NCBI GenBank assembly: GCA_010356995.1
Contig: ML996689.1
Location: 1 to 64,000, forward strand
Reading direction: 5' to 3'
Origin: Trichodelitschia bisporula
Taxonomy: Eukaryota
Length of the DNA: 64,000 bases
Part shown: piece after piece, positions 23,011 to 36,430 of the stretch
Layout of the letters: every line of letters begins with the position of its first letter
How positions within the stretch are numbered: position 1 is the stretch's first letter
The notes under the pieces: generated by a model
Told to the model about the DNA's origin: nothing
Seen by the model: only the letters and a program-made list of their open reading frames with translations
Database searches by the model: none
Program-made: the position numbers and the translations under genes

Positions 23011-25389
23011 ATGCCGCCAAACCTCAAGACCTTCCAACCTCAGGCTAAGGTCTACACGCCTGGCCCGTACAGTGTCGAATCCCCCGGTTACGAGCGCGTC
23101 GAGGGCGAGACTCTCCCACGTCGCAACACCAAGGTCAAGGACGGCCTTGCGACCACGCCTGCCGAAGGAGTCAACACCATCTACGACATTGTGCGCTATG
23201 CTGCCCAAAAGTACGGCAATGCCAAGGCTATAGGAACACGGCGCCTCGTGAGGATGCACGATGAGGTGAAGAAGGTCAAGAAGATGGTGGATGGCAAAGA
23301 GACCATGGTCGACAAGAAGTGGAACTACTTTGAGCTGTCAGGCTACACCTACATGACCTTCGTCGAGTACGAGACCTTTGCACTGCAGCTTGGTGCAGGC
23401 TTGAAGAAGTTGGGCCTGGTGGCCCACGACCGCGTGCATCTGTTTGCCGCGACGCAGTAAGTTGCCCCATGATATTCGCTTCAAAATCTGACAGACAGCT
23501 CGCAATGGCTCGCCACGGCTCATGGTACGTTCGCTCCTGCCCTCCGAACTCCCCCTTGTCAGCATCGCTAACCCCCCGCAGGCGCAATGTCGCAGTCCAT
23601 GGCCATCGTCACCGCCTACGACACGCTCGGCGAGGACGGCCTCAAGCACTCGATGCTGCAGACCAACGCCAAGGCCATCTACCTCGACCCGCACCTGCTC
23701 ACCAAGCTGATCAACCCGCTCAAGGAGGCCAAGGACATACAGGTCGTCGTTTACAACAGCGAGTCTGACGTGAAGCAGTCCGACATCGACAAGCTGAAGG
23801 ACGCGCACCCACACCTGACGATCCTGAGCATCGAGGAGCTGCGCAAGCTGGGTGAGGAGAACCCCGCCGAGCCGACGCCGCCGTCGCCCGATGACCTGGC
23901 ATGTATCATGTACACTTCGGGCTCGACGGGCCCGCCCAAGGGCGTGATGTTGAAGCACAGTAACGTCATCGCTGCAGGTGGGTCATGTCTTGCATTGTTC
24001 GTTTCCTTCAGCTAATGTCACAGTCGCCGGCGTCAACGTCGTCGTCGGACCGTATCTCGGCCCCGGCGACAGCCTGCTCACGTACCTGCCTCTGGCGCAC
24101 ATCCTTGAGTTTGTCTTCGAGAACGCGGTGCTTTTCTGGGGCGGCACTATGGGCTACGGCAACCCGCGCACGCTGTCCGACACCAACGTGCGCAACTGCA
24201 ACGGTGACATCCGCGAGTTCAAACCGTCGGTGCTCGTCGGCGTACCAGCGGTGTGGGAGACAGTCAAGAAGGGCATCATCAGCAAAGTCAATGCCGGTAG
24301 CTTCGTCGTCAAGAACATGTTCTGGGGCGCCATGTCGGCCAAGGAGTTCCTGCTGCGCAGCGGGCTGCCAGGCGTCGGTGTGCTGGACGCCGTCGTGTTT
24401 AGCAAGATCCGCGATGCGACTGGCGGCCGCCTGCGCATCTGCCTGAACGGCGGCGGCCCGGTTGCGAAGGAGACACAGCGGTTCATCTCGATCGCGATTG
24501 CGCCGATGATCAGCGGCTACGGGCTGACGGAGACATCTGCGTGAGTTTGCTGGAGCATTTAGATTGGAACCTGCTAATTCCACAGGATGGGTGCGCTCAT
24601 GGACCCGCTGGCGTGGACCGATGATGCACTCGGCGAAATGCCCGGCTCTATCGAGATCAAGCTCGTGGACTTCCCGGACGCCGGCTACTTTGCGGCGAAC
24701 AAACCGCCGCAGGGTGAGATCTGGATCCGCGGCGCGAGCGTTGCCGACGGCTACCTCGACCTCGAGGAAGAGAGCAAGGAGGCATTTGCTGAAGGAGGCT
24801 GGTTTAAGACCGGCGACATCGGCGAGTGGGACCACAAAGGGCAGCTCAAGATCATCGACCGCAAGAAGAATCTCGTCAAGACGTCGAACGGGGAGTATAT
24901 TGCGCTGGAGAAGGTTGGTGGTCCGAATGCGGTGATGTGGCGAGTGAACGCTAACGAGGGCAGCTTGAATCCGTGTACCGCTCGGCGCCCATGGTGCTCA
25001 ACATATGCGTTTACGCTGACCAGAGCAAGACGAAGCCTATCGCCATCATCGTGCCGGCCGAGCCGGTGCTCAAGCAGCTGGCAAGCAGCATTGGCGTCAA
25101 GGGTGACCACCTTGAAGAGCTAGTGAACGACGAGAAGCTCAACGACGCCGTGCTCAAACAGCTGCAGGATGCGGGCCGCAAGGGCGGGCTCGCCGGCATT
25201 GAGATCATCGAAGGCGTCGTGCTAGCAGACGAGGAATGGACGCCGCAGAACGTAGGTGCTCTGAATTATTGAGTGAACATCACTGACCAACAGAACCTCG
25301 TAACATCGGCGCAAAAGCTCAACCGGAGGGGCATCCTCGACAAGTACCGCAAGGAGGTGGAGCACGCGTACAAGAAGGCTGGCTCGTAG
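23011..25389 (+). CDS. FAA1: Long-chain fatty acyl-CoA synthetase
   Basis: Six canonical introns. [72 protein letters not shown]. Stop at 25387-25389. Confidence 0.95.
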
Positions 25390-25946
25390 CTTTTCGGTTA
25401 GCATGCTGCGTTCGGGTGCGATGAGTGATGGGTTATGTTCGGATGTAATGCTCACATGTATTCTATGTGTCTTACTTGGAGTCAGTAGCGTACTCTGGGA
25501 GTTATGCTGATGCGGGCTGCTTCGTACTGGAGTCGCGCTGGGGTAGTGCCGCTGCATCAGCCAAAGCGGAGGCGCCGAACAAGCGATGAATGCTTTTCGG
25601 TAGGTATCAGCGCAGATTTCTTCTTTCGCATCTGTAGTATTCACCGCAAGTCATGGATCACTGTAGTTTAACTCAGTTCGAACCGCATGTCCCAACGCGG
25701 GATCAAGCATCAATCCTGCCAAGCCATACTCCACACCACCCCCGGCTCCGCGCCCGACGCGCCAGTGCCACGCGCGGGGCAGTGTGATCGGGGTGAAGAG
25801 GGGGCGGCAAGGCTCCCGACGGAACGACATCGCCCCGCTTCACCTCACTCCCACCGCAGACCGTACGTCTGATGTACGCGTCCTGACCCCATTCAAATTC
25901 AACAAATTCCCCTTCATCCTATCTGCACATCGTGTCCGGCACTCAC

Positions 25947-27940
25947 ATGGCGCTGCTACTCTACTTGCCTCGTGTGCTTCCCCGCTCTTGCCTGGCTGCA
26001 CCGCGCGTGCCAGCTGCGCTGGTGCAGCGAAGATGGTGCGGTGGGAAGGCGGCGAGGAGGCAGCGGAGGAGGGAGGTGAAGGCGGAGTGGGAGGCGGAGT
26101 TGAAGGCGATGAAGGAGGCGCGAGGTGAGGATGATGTGGTGCGTGCGCTGAAGGAGTGGGTGTGTAGGCCTTGGGGGTGGTGGGAGGAGGGTGGGGTGGG
26201 GGAGACACAGCCGGAGAAGGAGCGTGGGATGAGTAAGAGGATGGAGAAGAAGGAGAGGAGAGAGAGGAGGGAGGTTAAGGCTGAGGTGAGTTTCGTCTGT
26301 GATCAGCCCCATGCCTTTGCTAATGGAAACAGCCAGCCCACATCATGGCCACGCCTCCCACGGCGGAGAAAGAGATGGTGTACGATCCCATCAGCAACCG
26401 CATGGTCGAGAAATCTTCCCGAATGGAGACTGCTCTTAAGCGATTGGGCTCGTCACCTGTAGCCCGCTTCGCCCAAAACATGCATGAGCTCCATCCCGTC
26501 GAGCACCCGCCTTCGCCACGCAAAGAGACTGCGAATAGATGTAACGTGCAGGACAAATATCACTGGGGACCTCCCGGCATAGTGGAGCGGACACATACGC
26601 AGGCATGTTCCACACGTGTAGCGGGCGAAGACGGCGTATGGCAGCAGAGGGTGATGGACGAAGCCGTACGGATCGATGCAGCTCCCGGAACGGACACCAT
26701 GACAACAGCGGAAACGGAATCAACCCCGCAAGTGGCGGTCAACACAGAAATACAAACAGAACAGCCTGCGGAGTCCCCGACAGTCTCCCCACAAGCCGAA
26801 CTCGACTCATCACCGCTCCAACCCGGCAGCCAGCCTCTTCCCCAACCAGGGGCATCTGAACCGACGTCACCGACTCATCTCCCTGGTGCACCCACCGAGC
26901 GCCTTCTTCCTGAAGTCAAAATACCGTCAGCGGAGGCGTACGATCCCCTGGTTGATGAGCACGTACGTGCCTATGAGCGTGAGGCCGCCACGGCCGAGGA
27001 CTCCCAGCGGCTGACGGCGTCCCCCACCCCCCTTCAACCCGATCCTACCCCCGCTGAGCCATCTTTTCTTGCAATGAAGTCTTCGGTAGAAGGCTTTGAT
27101 GCAAATGTCAGCCAGGATCTTCGCGCCTTTCGACGCCGCATGGAGGCAGGTGAGGTATTCTCACGCCTGGCAAAGGCAAATGTTAAGGGAGCCTCAACCC
27201 CAAGCCTAGTTGCATTGCCAGAGCAGGCATGGAAGCCTTCACCACCAACAGTAGCACCACCCACGCTAGCGCGGGAAATACCTACCCTTACTCCAACCGA
27301 AGCCAACAACGCGCGCGAGGCGGTCGTCCAGGCTGACCCGGTCAAAGATGTGGCCAAAGCTGCCTCGCCGACGCCGGCGGCTGAGCAGGCGATGTATTCC
27401 ATCCTGGCCCTCTCACCCGGCCATGCTTCCGCTACTATCACGCAGATCACCAATCCTGTTCCAGCCGACGAGACTACGCTCCCGCTAACCATGGCTTTAA
27501 GGCAGCTCGCACTTCCGGCAGCGTTCATTTCACACCTATCGCAACTAAGCGGAGAAGGATTCGAACCCGTGCATGCATCGGGCGATATCTTGATCCTCCG
27601 CCAGCGTTCCGCGGAGGTACGCAAGGCGGATGCGCCTCGGCCGGTTAATCCGATTGACAAGACGGGGGATGGGGAGTGGGACTTGCGCGTGCCGACGGGG
27701 GATTACATGAGTCCGACGGGGTTTGTAAGGTGGGATCGGTTTGCGGAGGAGAAGGAGGCAAGGGTTGAGGCACCGAAGGCGAGGGGGCGGGTTGAAGAGC
27801 GTACGCCTGGTAGCGGCTGGCTAGGTCGGGTGTGGGTTGTGCTGCGCAATACGGCGGCGGTGTTTGGTACGGCTGTGGCGGGGGTTTATGTTGCGGGCGT
27901 GAGTTCGGAGGTGAGGGGGGAGGCGGGTAAGCGGAACTGA
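25947..27940 (+). CDS. Conserved hypothetical protein (possible mitochondrial presequence, C-terminal hydrophobic anchor)
   Basis: Arg-rich N-terminus MALLLYLPRVLPRS.., intron from ~26286 (gtgagt..ctaat..cag), long exon with YDPISNRMV, VNPIDKTG, PTGDYMSPTGFV and a C-terminal hydrophobic segment. Confidence 0.75.
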
Positions 27941-28429
27941 TGGTGGGTAGGGTGGTCGTGGCATTCGGCTTGAACCTGTATATGTATTTCAGCGACCTTA
28001 CATCTGGCGAACTTTTCGATGAACTCCGTGGCTTTTGGCGGGAACCCTGTGCCCGTAGCGCTCCCCTAAAACGCAATGGAGTTCGTCGGAATGTTCGCCA
28101 GATGTAAGGTCCTACCAAGGTTTTGGGGGAAGTGCTTCTGCTCTGTTGCTTCAAATGCATAATGCTTAACTTCGCTCAGATATTTGTGACTTCGTCTGCT
28201 AGAATCGGATTTCGGGTTCCTTCAGCGTTTGCAGGGTGAGTGCGAATGGAGACATGCCAGCATGATTTTACTGACAGGCGTCGGAGCAAGGCTCGAGCAA
28301 GGCTGAAATACGGCACAAGTTCCAGATAGGAAAACGGCTCATGAGAACCATAAGCACCGATTAGATGACATTACTCCAGGCCGATAAACGATTATATACA
28401 GGCATCTATCCAATTAACCCTCAACCCAA

Positions 28430-30106
28430 TCAATGCCCAGGCCCAGACTCCACACGCCGCAACCTCGAATTCACAACCGGCTTCCCAGCCCCGGACTTAA
28501 AGCACTTAAGCCACTCCGTCAACGCATCATTAAACAACTGCCTCGCTGACTTCCCCGCCTCAAACGTCAACCGGAAATCAAAGCAATGCTCCGCATCCGG
28601 CACCAAATACCCAAACAAACTTCCGTCACTCTTCTCGCACGCCGGAACCGTCTGCACCGCCTGCACCTTGTTGCTAAAATCCATATCGCTCAGCGGGCTC
28701 AGCGTGCGCCACGGGTCGAATTGTCCTCCAGTCCAGTATACGTTCGACGGCCGCGCATCCCACCCATCGTACCGCTGATTCGTCTCCTCGACCTTGGGCC
28801 AGGAAGGCAAGAAGCCGCTCGCCGCGCCGTCCGGGAACTGCGTGTGGCACCAGTCCTGCGCGTGCTCGAGGCTGTTGTACTTGCTGACCAGCTGGTGGTC
28901 GCCCAGGTTTGCGGTCTGGAAGAAGCCCCATTGCGTGCAGTACTGCCATGTCCAGGCAATGGCGTCGGGGTCCGCGGTGCGCTTGCTGAAGTCGCACTCG
29001 CCGCCCGCTGGCGAGCAGGTGGTCTTCATGTCGTTGTTGACGATCGTAAGCCACTCCGGGTACGCGATCCAGCGGCCGACCACCCAGCCTGCGCCCTTGG
29101 AAGGCGCCCACCCGGTCGCACCGGACACAGCCTTGGACTCAGGATCCGTAGAGATGTAGTTGCAGAACTTGGACAACCGGTCATCAACGCCGTAACTCTG
29201 CCACTCGCCGAACAGCGTCGTGAGCGCATCAGCAATAGCACCATTCGAATTCACGCCCGCACCCTTGCCGAACATCTTCTCCTTGAATTCTAACCCCGTC
29301 TTGTTGTCCGCCATGATATTATCGATCTCCAGAATCGCAGCATGGATATCGGCGCTGCAGTTCCCGTACCCCTTTGCATGGAGGCCGGCCCAGATGGGCT
29401 CGAAGTAGAAGCTCATATCAATGGACGCCTGCACCGGCGCGCTCGACGCGTAGCTCGCGTAGATGGTCTCGGGGTACATGTCACGGACGAAGCTCGCGCG
29501 CATGCCGGGATAGCTACCACCAACAAAGACCCACGGCGTGGACTTGGGCGTCAAATCAACGGAGGGAAACTTCTTGCGAGTAAAGTTCCACGCAAAGGCT
29601 GGGATATCGGCGAGCGCCTGCTCGGTGTCGAGGAACTCGAATGCCGCGGATGGGGTCGTGAGGTTGACCTTGACAGGCGTACTCTCGCCGTAGTACCGGT
29701 GCTCCCAGACGATGCCAATAGCGCCGAACTGCGCGAGCATCTGCTTGAAGAAGCTGCGGGGACTGGTGAGGTACGACACCGTGCCATCGGCCGCACCCTC
29801 ACCAGCGTCGAAAATCATCACCGGCCCGCCGGGCTTGTAGTGCGTTTCGCTGACCCAGAAGCGGTTGGGGAAGGTCCCGGCGTCGGGGTCCCAGTGGTCG
29901 ACCGGGAGCTGCACCGTTTCCGCGGTGATGGCTTCGTCTATTGTACCGGACTGGAGCTGGAACATGGAGCCTGCGGTCGCGGCGCTGAGCTTCATCGGCC
30001 GGCCGTCGGGGTACAGGTTCAGTCCCGCCATGATTTGGTTGTGGCGGAGGACATCGTAGCGCAGGGCGGCGGCGGCGCCGAGGAGGGCGAAGAAGGTGTA
30101 GCGCAT
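28430..30106 (-). CDS. Secreted serine carboxypeptidase, S28 family
   Basis: 558 aa with signal peptide. DHW..F.NRFW, WEHRYYGES, EQALADI, PWVFVGGSYPG, ASSAPV, WQYCTQWG, GQFDPW, EHCFD. Confidence 0.95.
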   Translation of the reverse strand: MRYTFFALLGAAAALRYDVLRHNQIMAGLNLYPDGRPMKLSAATAGSMFQLQSGTIDEAITAETVQLPVDHWDPDAGTFPNRFWVSETHYKPGGPVMIFDAGEGAADGTVSYLTSPRSFFKQMLAQFGAIGIVWEHRYYGESTPVKVNLTTPSAAFEFLDTEQALADIPAFAWNFTRKKFPSVDLTPKSTPWVFVGGSYPGMRASFVRDMYPETIYASYASSAPVQASIDMSFYFEPIWAGLHAKGYGNCSADIHAAILEIDNIMADNKTGLEFKEKMFGKGAGVNSNGAIADALTTLFGEWQSYGVDDRLSKFCNYISTDPESKAVSGATGWAPSKGAGWVVGRWIAYPEWLTIVNNDMKTTCSPAGGECDFSKRTADPDAIAWTWQYCTQWGFFQTANLGDHQLVSKYNSLEHAQDWCHTQFPDGAASGFLPSWPKVEETNQRYDGWDARPSNVYWTGGQFDPWRTLSPLSDMDFSNKVQAVQTVPACEKSDGSLFGYLVPDAEHCFDFRLTFEAGKSARQLFNDALTEWLKCFKSGAGKPVVNSRLRRVESGPGH

Positions 30107-30741
30107 GGTGAGGATTGAGGCTTGCTGCTGGTATCCATTGTCGCGTGCGGCTTGCGCATTATATACATCGCGGCCGATGAGATGGCCGGTGAGATGCCCG
30201 TTGTGGCGATGTCGTCGCCTTCCCGATGGGCTGCGATAAGCTGCCTGTCAAGTGCCACGGCTTGCAGTCCCCGTCGGCCCGGCATAGAATGGAGCTGCTC
30301 CTTCAGGAGGGAGGCCGTGAATGCGGAGTGCGGCCCAGTGCCCGGAGGATCGGCGCTGGGGTGGGGGACCTATTTTCGGTGGGCATGAGATCTTCCGGGG
30401 TAAGTTAATTTGGGAGTTGCCCGATTGGGAAGCCTGTCCATGACTCAACCTTGATATGCCGCATCTGTCATGCCTAGGCAAACAACGTCCGCCGTGAATG
30501 GCGGCGGGAAAGCTTATGGCCTGAAGCAAAATATTCGTCACAGGCATAGAACGCGACGTAGTCACAAGCGTGGAATTAAGTACACTACAGTGATGAGCTT
30601 ATACACAGGAGGTATCGTGGCAGAGGAGCCAAGTCTTCAAGCTCCATACACATGTTGATGGAACTAGTAGAATGAGAAACACAGGCGCCAGGCACTCCTC
30701 GAAGTAGGCCGCAGGCGCCTTTTTGTATCTTGTACTCAGAA

Positions 30742-32218
30742 CTATCCGCCGATCCAGACTATCTCGCCGTTGGAGATAGACTCCTTGTACAATTTGTATT
30801 TGAAGAGGCTGTTTGTCAGAAATGCCTGCAAGAAGTTTGATTACACGTACCGATGGTGGATGGGGCTCGGAAAGAAGTAAGCAGTTGCAATGCCTTTCGC
30901 ATGGAGGCGTCCTTGTTTATAGACAGTCTTCGCATGGAGGAGTCCCTGTTGGTATACAGAGTTCAGGGCCGGGTTTTGTAGAATGTTTTCGACAAAGAAG
31001 GGAGCGTCAAGCGCTCGCTTCAGCACTTCCCACTCCTTAGCATCTTCCACATGCCCTATCGCATATGGGAGGCTTTTCATGCAGCCGGTCGTAGTAAGCT
31101 TTTCGAACAACCACTCGTCATTTTCGAGGATAGTCTCCACAACCTCGAGCGTCAACTGCGTTTCCGCACCTCGCATGCGCTGAACAAGGACCTATTACGT
31201 TAGCTGGATCGACCATGCGAAGTTTACTTACACCGTCAGTGCGGAGGATTTGCAGAATGGATGACGCACATCCGGCATGACCTGCCGTGAATTCATAGAT
31301 ATAATCGGCGACTCCGGGGCCGAGTCGGAATAGACCCTCATCCCGCGCCTGTTCCTGCCGACGGACAGCCTCCGCAAACTCCTCTACGGTCAGGTCAAGG
31401 CCAAAGTCCGTAGCCTTAGTGGGCTGCATGCTCATCATCTGGGCGGACGTGAGATGGAGCGGGACGGAGCCGGGAAATCTTGTAGGGACCGCTCCTCCAC
31501 AGCCATATGAGGAGAAGAGAGCAACCATGGGGAGATTCTGCTTTCCATTTATGCCCTTCAAGTAGTCGGTCCAAAAACCCTCATAAGGGTAGCTGTTTTG
31601 GGCCTCATCGATGAGCAACACAAGGCTTGGCGAGCATATATCCTTCACCGCATACCCCTCCAACTGCAGAATTTTGCGAAGAAGGAGACGCCAGCCAGTG
31701 CCAGGCCCGAGCTCCCCTCCCCAGTGAGCTCCTTTCCAGGAGAACAGAACTACATCGAGTTCTGGATGGTGTGCTTTGATATGGAGGCCCAACAGAGCGG
31801 CGATGGTTGTCTTGCCGCTAGCTGGGGTTCCGTGGCAGTGTATCAGACGAACTTCCCGGAGTCGTTGCCACATCTTTTTGACCGTGTCGTGGCGTGGGAC
31901 GAGAAACAGATTACGGAGCAGAATATCAAAGGTATCACGGTCAGTACCGTTGGCAGTACCTCCCCGGAGAGCCGCATCCTCGACCTCCACGTTCTGGGGT
32001 GGTTTAGCGCGCACATGGTGACTCGGGCCGTGGCCACACTCCAGGCACTCTGGAACCCCGTTCGGGGAGCCAACCGGAATCTCAAATATTCCGATTTCGC
32101 AGGGGCATACAACTTGGCACTTTCGGACTGGTATAATGAAGTGGCATCGCCCAGTCGTGACTCGTAAGGTTGCAGAAGCTGGGGAAGGCTGCGAGAGCGG
32201 TAAGCCGACGATAGACAT
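30742..32218 (-). CDS. P-loop NTPase resembling Crinkler-type NTPase proteins, with Cys/His-rich N-terminus; possibly truncated
   Basis: Exon 1: HGTPASGKTT Walker A, LLIDEAQ Walker B, FSSYG, FTAGHAG. Intron near 31230-31190, exon with YFFPSPIHHR, probable GTACGT intron, short last exon ending IVWIGG* at 30742. Confidence 0.65.
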
Positions 32219-32521
32219 TGGAAAAAGCTTGATGGAGGCTTTCAGTAATGGCTTTCAAGTAGTGTAAAGCAGATTAATAGAAGTGGACGGTGGGTGTTCC
32301 TTTCATCGGAGGTTATGAATGGCGGTGACTGCTAAAGGTGTGATGTGCGTAGAGTGGATGGCTGCAGCAATGCAGTGATGAGAATCCTTGGCACCTGCCT
32401 TGAAGCCCGTGAGGAAAGAGTCACTTGTTGTGCAAGCAGCATAAAAAGCACTCATAGGTACATTAAGGCAAGATTCGGCCTCGTCAATTGGTGATGCTGG
32501 GAGACAAGATAGAACAGTCGC

Positions 32522-32593
<72 letters not shown>

Positions 32594-32629
32594 CGTCATT
32601 GTCGTCGTCGTCGTCGTTGTCGTCGTCGT
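32522..32629. repeat. (GTT)~24 microsatellite followed by imperfect (GTC)n
   Basis: Directly visible: perfect run 32522-32593. Confidence 0.98.
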
Positions 32630-33607
32630 AGGTGGTGTAGGCGGAAGGGACGATCCTTGGACCCTGACATTCGTAAACACAACGAGTTCATTGGTATCAG
32701 CCGGTGCGGAAGGAGCGATGGGACTATAATTCAACGGGTGACCCCTGGGCGCAACTGAAACTCCCGAGGTTGAGCCAGCTGGGGGTCCACCTACTACAGT
32801 ATGTATTCCTCGCCGCATACATATCCCATGACGTCTATCGCCCAAAACTTGACAGCCACCATGTGCAATCTGTGCCTCTTACAACCCGATATCGCGCGGG
32901 AGCGGCGATTTGAAGTGCACACGTAGTAGAGTACCATGCCGTCGCGGCGCCTGGCACTAGCCGCAATGGAATAACATCAAGTGCTAGATCCAGAATCGGC
33001 ACCGGGATGAAGGCAAATATATTTTTGCCCATGGGCATGAGGATCGCCGTCGGGGTTGGTTAATCTATGACTTGCCTGAAGTAGAAGTTACCCGCCCGGC
33101 CGGGACCAAAATCCGGGTCCGATGCTTCGAACAGGCCAGGAACGGAAGCCAAGCTGTCAAAGGAACTGTGCCGCCGAACATACTTGCAATCGCCGGAAAA
33201 TGGAAAGTCGTACATAGCCGGAGACCATGTCGGTGAGCGGAGAGGGCTTTCTTTTTCCTGATGTGGCACGTCAACGACCTGCATCGTTCGGGTGACATGT
33301 CTGGGACCGGCAGCTTGTGCAGCTTGAACGATCAAGGTGGCCGCGAGCTCCGAAATCCGGACAAGACCTTGTCCATGGGCAGCGACTGATGACCAGACAC
33401 AGCGGCTTCGGAAAAACCCAATGGCCCCAAGAGCATTGGACTCACCATGTCATCGGAGGGTGCTTTCGTCCTTGCTTCATAATGCTACCAGCAGACGCAG
33501 GAGCTTTACGCATCTGCTGATTCTCTGCTCAGATCGCGAGATCATCCGATACGCCAGATCTGTAAGAGAGTCAGCGATGCAGGTACCGATTCCGATCCGC
33601 CCACGAC

Positions 33608-34531
33608 TCACTCAGTGATGTGCACTGCCCCGTCCCACACCTGGCCGCCGCTGGCAACGCAGCGCTGCAGCAATTCGCGCGCCTTGGTCATCTCATCGTC
33701 TCGGACGTCATCGATGTCACCGCCATCCGTATCACCCAGCAAATCGTGGATCCACAGCGAAACCATGGCGCGCAAATGCAGCAGCTCGGCATTGCGGTCG
33801 TACGGCGGCGACACTAGCACCTCATCCATACGAGCAGCGATGCTGCGTGCACCCTCCAGTAACTCCGTCCCCGCTTCTGTCACCTCGTAGATCCACAGGC
33901 TGAACATGGCCACGTAAAAGTGTCCCGCGCGGGCGTGCCTGTAGCGCGGCGTGCCCGTGGGAGCCTCGGGAAACTGGACCACCAACCGCTCGTAATACTG
34001 GCGAGCGGCGCGGAAGCCAGCATCTTCGTTCCGCAGCAGCAGCTCCGAGCCGATGCCCCAGCGGCCCTGTATGCGCACATCGGCGGCATCGCGACTACTC
34101 CGCAACAGCATGCCCCAGGCGCGGCCCGCGCGGCGGTAATCGCGACGCAGCAGAGTATGATGCAGCACGGCCGTCAGCACGGCGAGGTGTCGCTCGCGGA
34201 GGGTGCCCGGTTCGGTGGACTTATACGGAAGTGGTTCGTAGTACGCGGGGTCGACGTGGTGTAGCGGCGGCTTCAGGCTCTGCACTTCGGCTTTGGCGTC
34301 ACGCAGAACGTGGCTAGATGAAGGCTCGGGTGCGTGCGGGAACGGGTGCTTGGGTGGATGCGCGTCTAGCGCGAGGCCGGCGGTGTGATGCTGCTCAACT
34401 TGGGCGGCGGTGAGCTCGGTGATGTGGGGGCGGTGTTGGCCTTCAATGTCGTCTTCGTGATCGCTGATGGAGACGCGCTTTCTCTTGCGAGGGTGTTTGC
34501 GCTGAGGTAGGGCGAAAATATGGTTAGGCAT
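33608..34531 (-). CDS. RNA polymerase I initiation factor Rrn11-like
   Basis: ATG at 34531. LRERHLAVLTAVLHHTLLRRDYRRAGRAWGMLLR and RWGIGSELL resemble Pezizomycotina Rrn11-like proteins. Confidence 0.7.
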   Translation of the reverse strand: MPNHIFALPQRKHPRKRKRVSISDHEDDIEGQHRPHITELTAAQVEQHHTAGLALDAHPPKHPFPHAPEPSSSHVLRDAKAEVQSLKPPLHHVDPAYYEPLPYKSTEPGTLRERHLAVLTAVLHHTLLRRDYRRAGRAWGMLLRSSRDAADVRIQGRWGIGSELLLRNEDAGFRAARQYYERLVVQFPEAPTGTPRYRHARAGHFYVAMFSLWIYEVTEAGTELLEGARSIAARMDEVLVSPPYDRNAELLHLRAMVSLWIHDLLGDTDGGDIDDVRDDEMTKARELLQRCVASGGQVWDGAVHITE

Positions 34532-34920
34532 GGCGAGCAGAGCACGGGAAGTGGATGAGGCACAACACAAGCTGAATTTGAAAGATCGTGAATATCAACG
34601 GCGCAGCAACAAAAGTTTGCTCCTTTGAGCTTGGCTGCCCTCTTCACTGTTCTCGCGGGTTGATGTCAAGGCATCTTTTCTCCAACAACCCTCATCACCC
34701 CACCAACTCCCCCACAGCCACTACGCCATAGCCACCACACCATAGCCACCACTAGCAAGCCCCGAAAACTGCATCACGTGTTCCGGAGGCGCGTTTGGCC
34801 GAGAGGTTGAGGTCATCAGCGGCGAGCAACCTCACCGGTCCCCCATCCCCTCGTCGTCACCACCTCCTCCTTCTCCTAACTTATCTTCAACCACATCATC
34901 CCCCACAAACGCGACGGCGG

Positions 34921-36430
34921 ATGGCTCCCTCGCGGACTCCATCGCCTCGCTCGCCGTCGCCAGGTCGCAGGCGTCGCGATCGGCTGCCTGCATTTATGTC
35001 TCGCTCACGCCGGCTCGACACATCGCAGGCGTCAACGTTGACAGCACGCATTCGTGCACGCCTTGCTGCTCTAACCCGTCGTTCGACAGATGAGGCCAAC
35101 AACGCTTCCCTACCAAGTAGTCGACTCGACCTTCGAACTCCCACTCCTACGCCATCGATATCTACTCCCAACACGCCCACTCGCCTGCAGTCACGCCTCA
35201 GCAACCTCTCACCCCGCATCCGCCGCATCGTTGATCAAAGCCTTCTCTTTCCAGGAAACCGAAATGGTATAATCTTCCCTACTCGTCGATCTGGTGGCTC
35301 ATTTAGCCCAGCTGCAGCGGTAGTTGAGGCGCCGGAGACCGTGGCGGAACCTCAGGTTGAACCAGCTCAGCCTGATGTCGAGCCGATCGAGGTAGAGCCA
35401 GAGGAGCAGCAGCCGCAGCCAGAGCCGCAGGCGGCACCCTCTACTCACTCGACCGACTCCCGCCCCAGCACCGCCTCCGAAACCCCTGACGCCGCCGACC
35501 GTCTCGCCATCTCGATGCTCATGCAACGTCTCATCAGCCCGCGCCCAACCGACAATAACGTCGACCTCGTCGAGATCCAGCGCAACCTGCGTGGCCGCCA
35601 CGAGGCTGAGCGTCATGGCCTGCGCATCCTCAGCGTTCGGCGCGTGGACGGCGACACAGAAACGGGTGAGGTTAGTCCTGTACCGACCTTCTTTCGTCAC
35701 CTGTTTGATATGGCGGCGGAGCGTGCTCGCGGCGAGATCGAACAGCCCATGCAGCGCCGCCGTACTGTTCTTGGTCTCTACGGTCGTATGCGGTCACCGA
35801 CGCCGACGCAGGGCCGCTCTCATCGTACTTCAGATCGTCCACGCTCGACGTACGGCGCCGGCTCCTCCCGCCGCAACGGCGTCGTCGAGCCCGACGTGCC
35901 CGAAGAGGAAGTGCCTGTCTTTATCATCTACATCATTAGCGGCTTCCTTCCCGATGATCACCCGCTGCTTGCTGCGCCATCTCTCTTCACTGATAACCCG
36001 TCGTACGACGACATGGTGATGCTTGCCTCCCTGCTCGGGCCTGCCAAGCCGCCGGTCGCGAGCGAAGCGGACGTCGACGCGGCGCCGGGGTTGTTTACCA
36101 TCGAATCAGAAACTGTGGCTGGTGTCCAGCGTCTCGTTGCCGTCAGCGCCGATGAGCGAATCCCGCTACTGACAGTGCTCGAAGATGGCGAAGAGCGTGC
36201 TGAGCGTTGCCTTGTGTGCCTTGCGGACTACGAAGCGGCCGACGAGGCGCGCCGGCTGGTCAAGTGCGGACATCTGTTCCATCGCGAGTGTATTGACCAC
36301 GTGAGTTTTCCCCCTCCTTGCCCTAATAGTTTCTTTCATACTAACAGCGCAGTGGCTCACCACTGGCCGTAACTCGTGTCCGCTCTGTAGAGGAGAGGGC
36401 GTCGGAGTCGTGGGTAGTACTAGCACTTAA
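34921..36430 (+). CDS. RING-H2 finger E3 ubiquitin ligase
   Basis: SLFTDNPSYDDMVMLASLLGPAKPPVAS, CLVCLADYE..CGHLFHRECIDH, intron ~36301-36351, then WLTTGRNSCPLCR. Start codon uncertain. Confidence 0.9.

Noticed and set aside
32303..32845. Poly-Thr 180-aa ORF
   Set aside because: Explained by the (GTT)n microsatellite; no signal peptide or other support.
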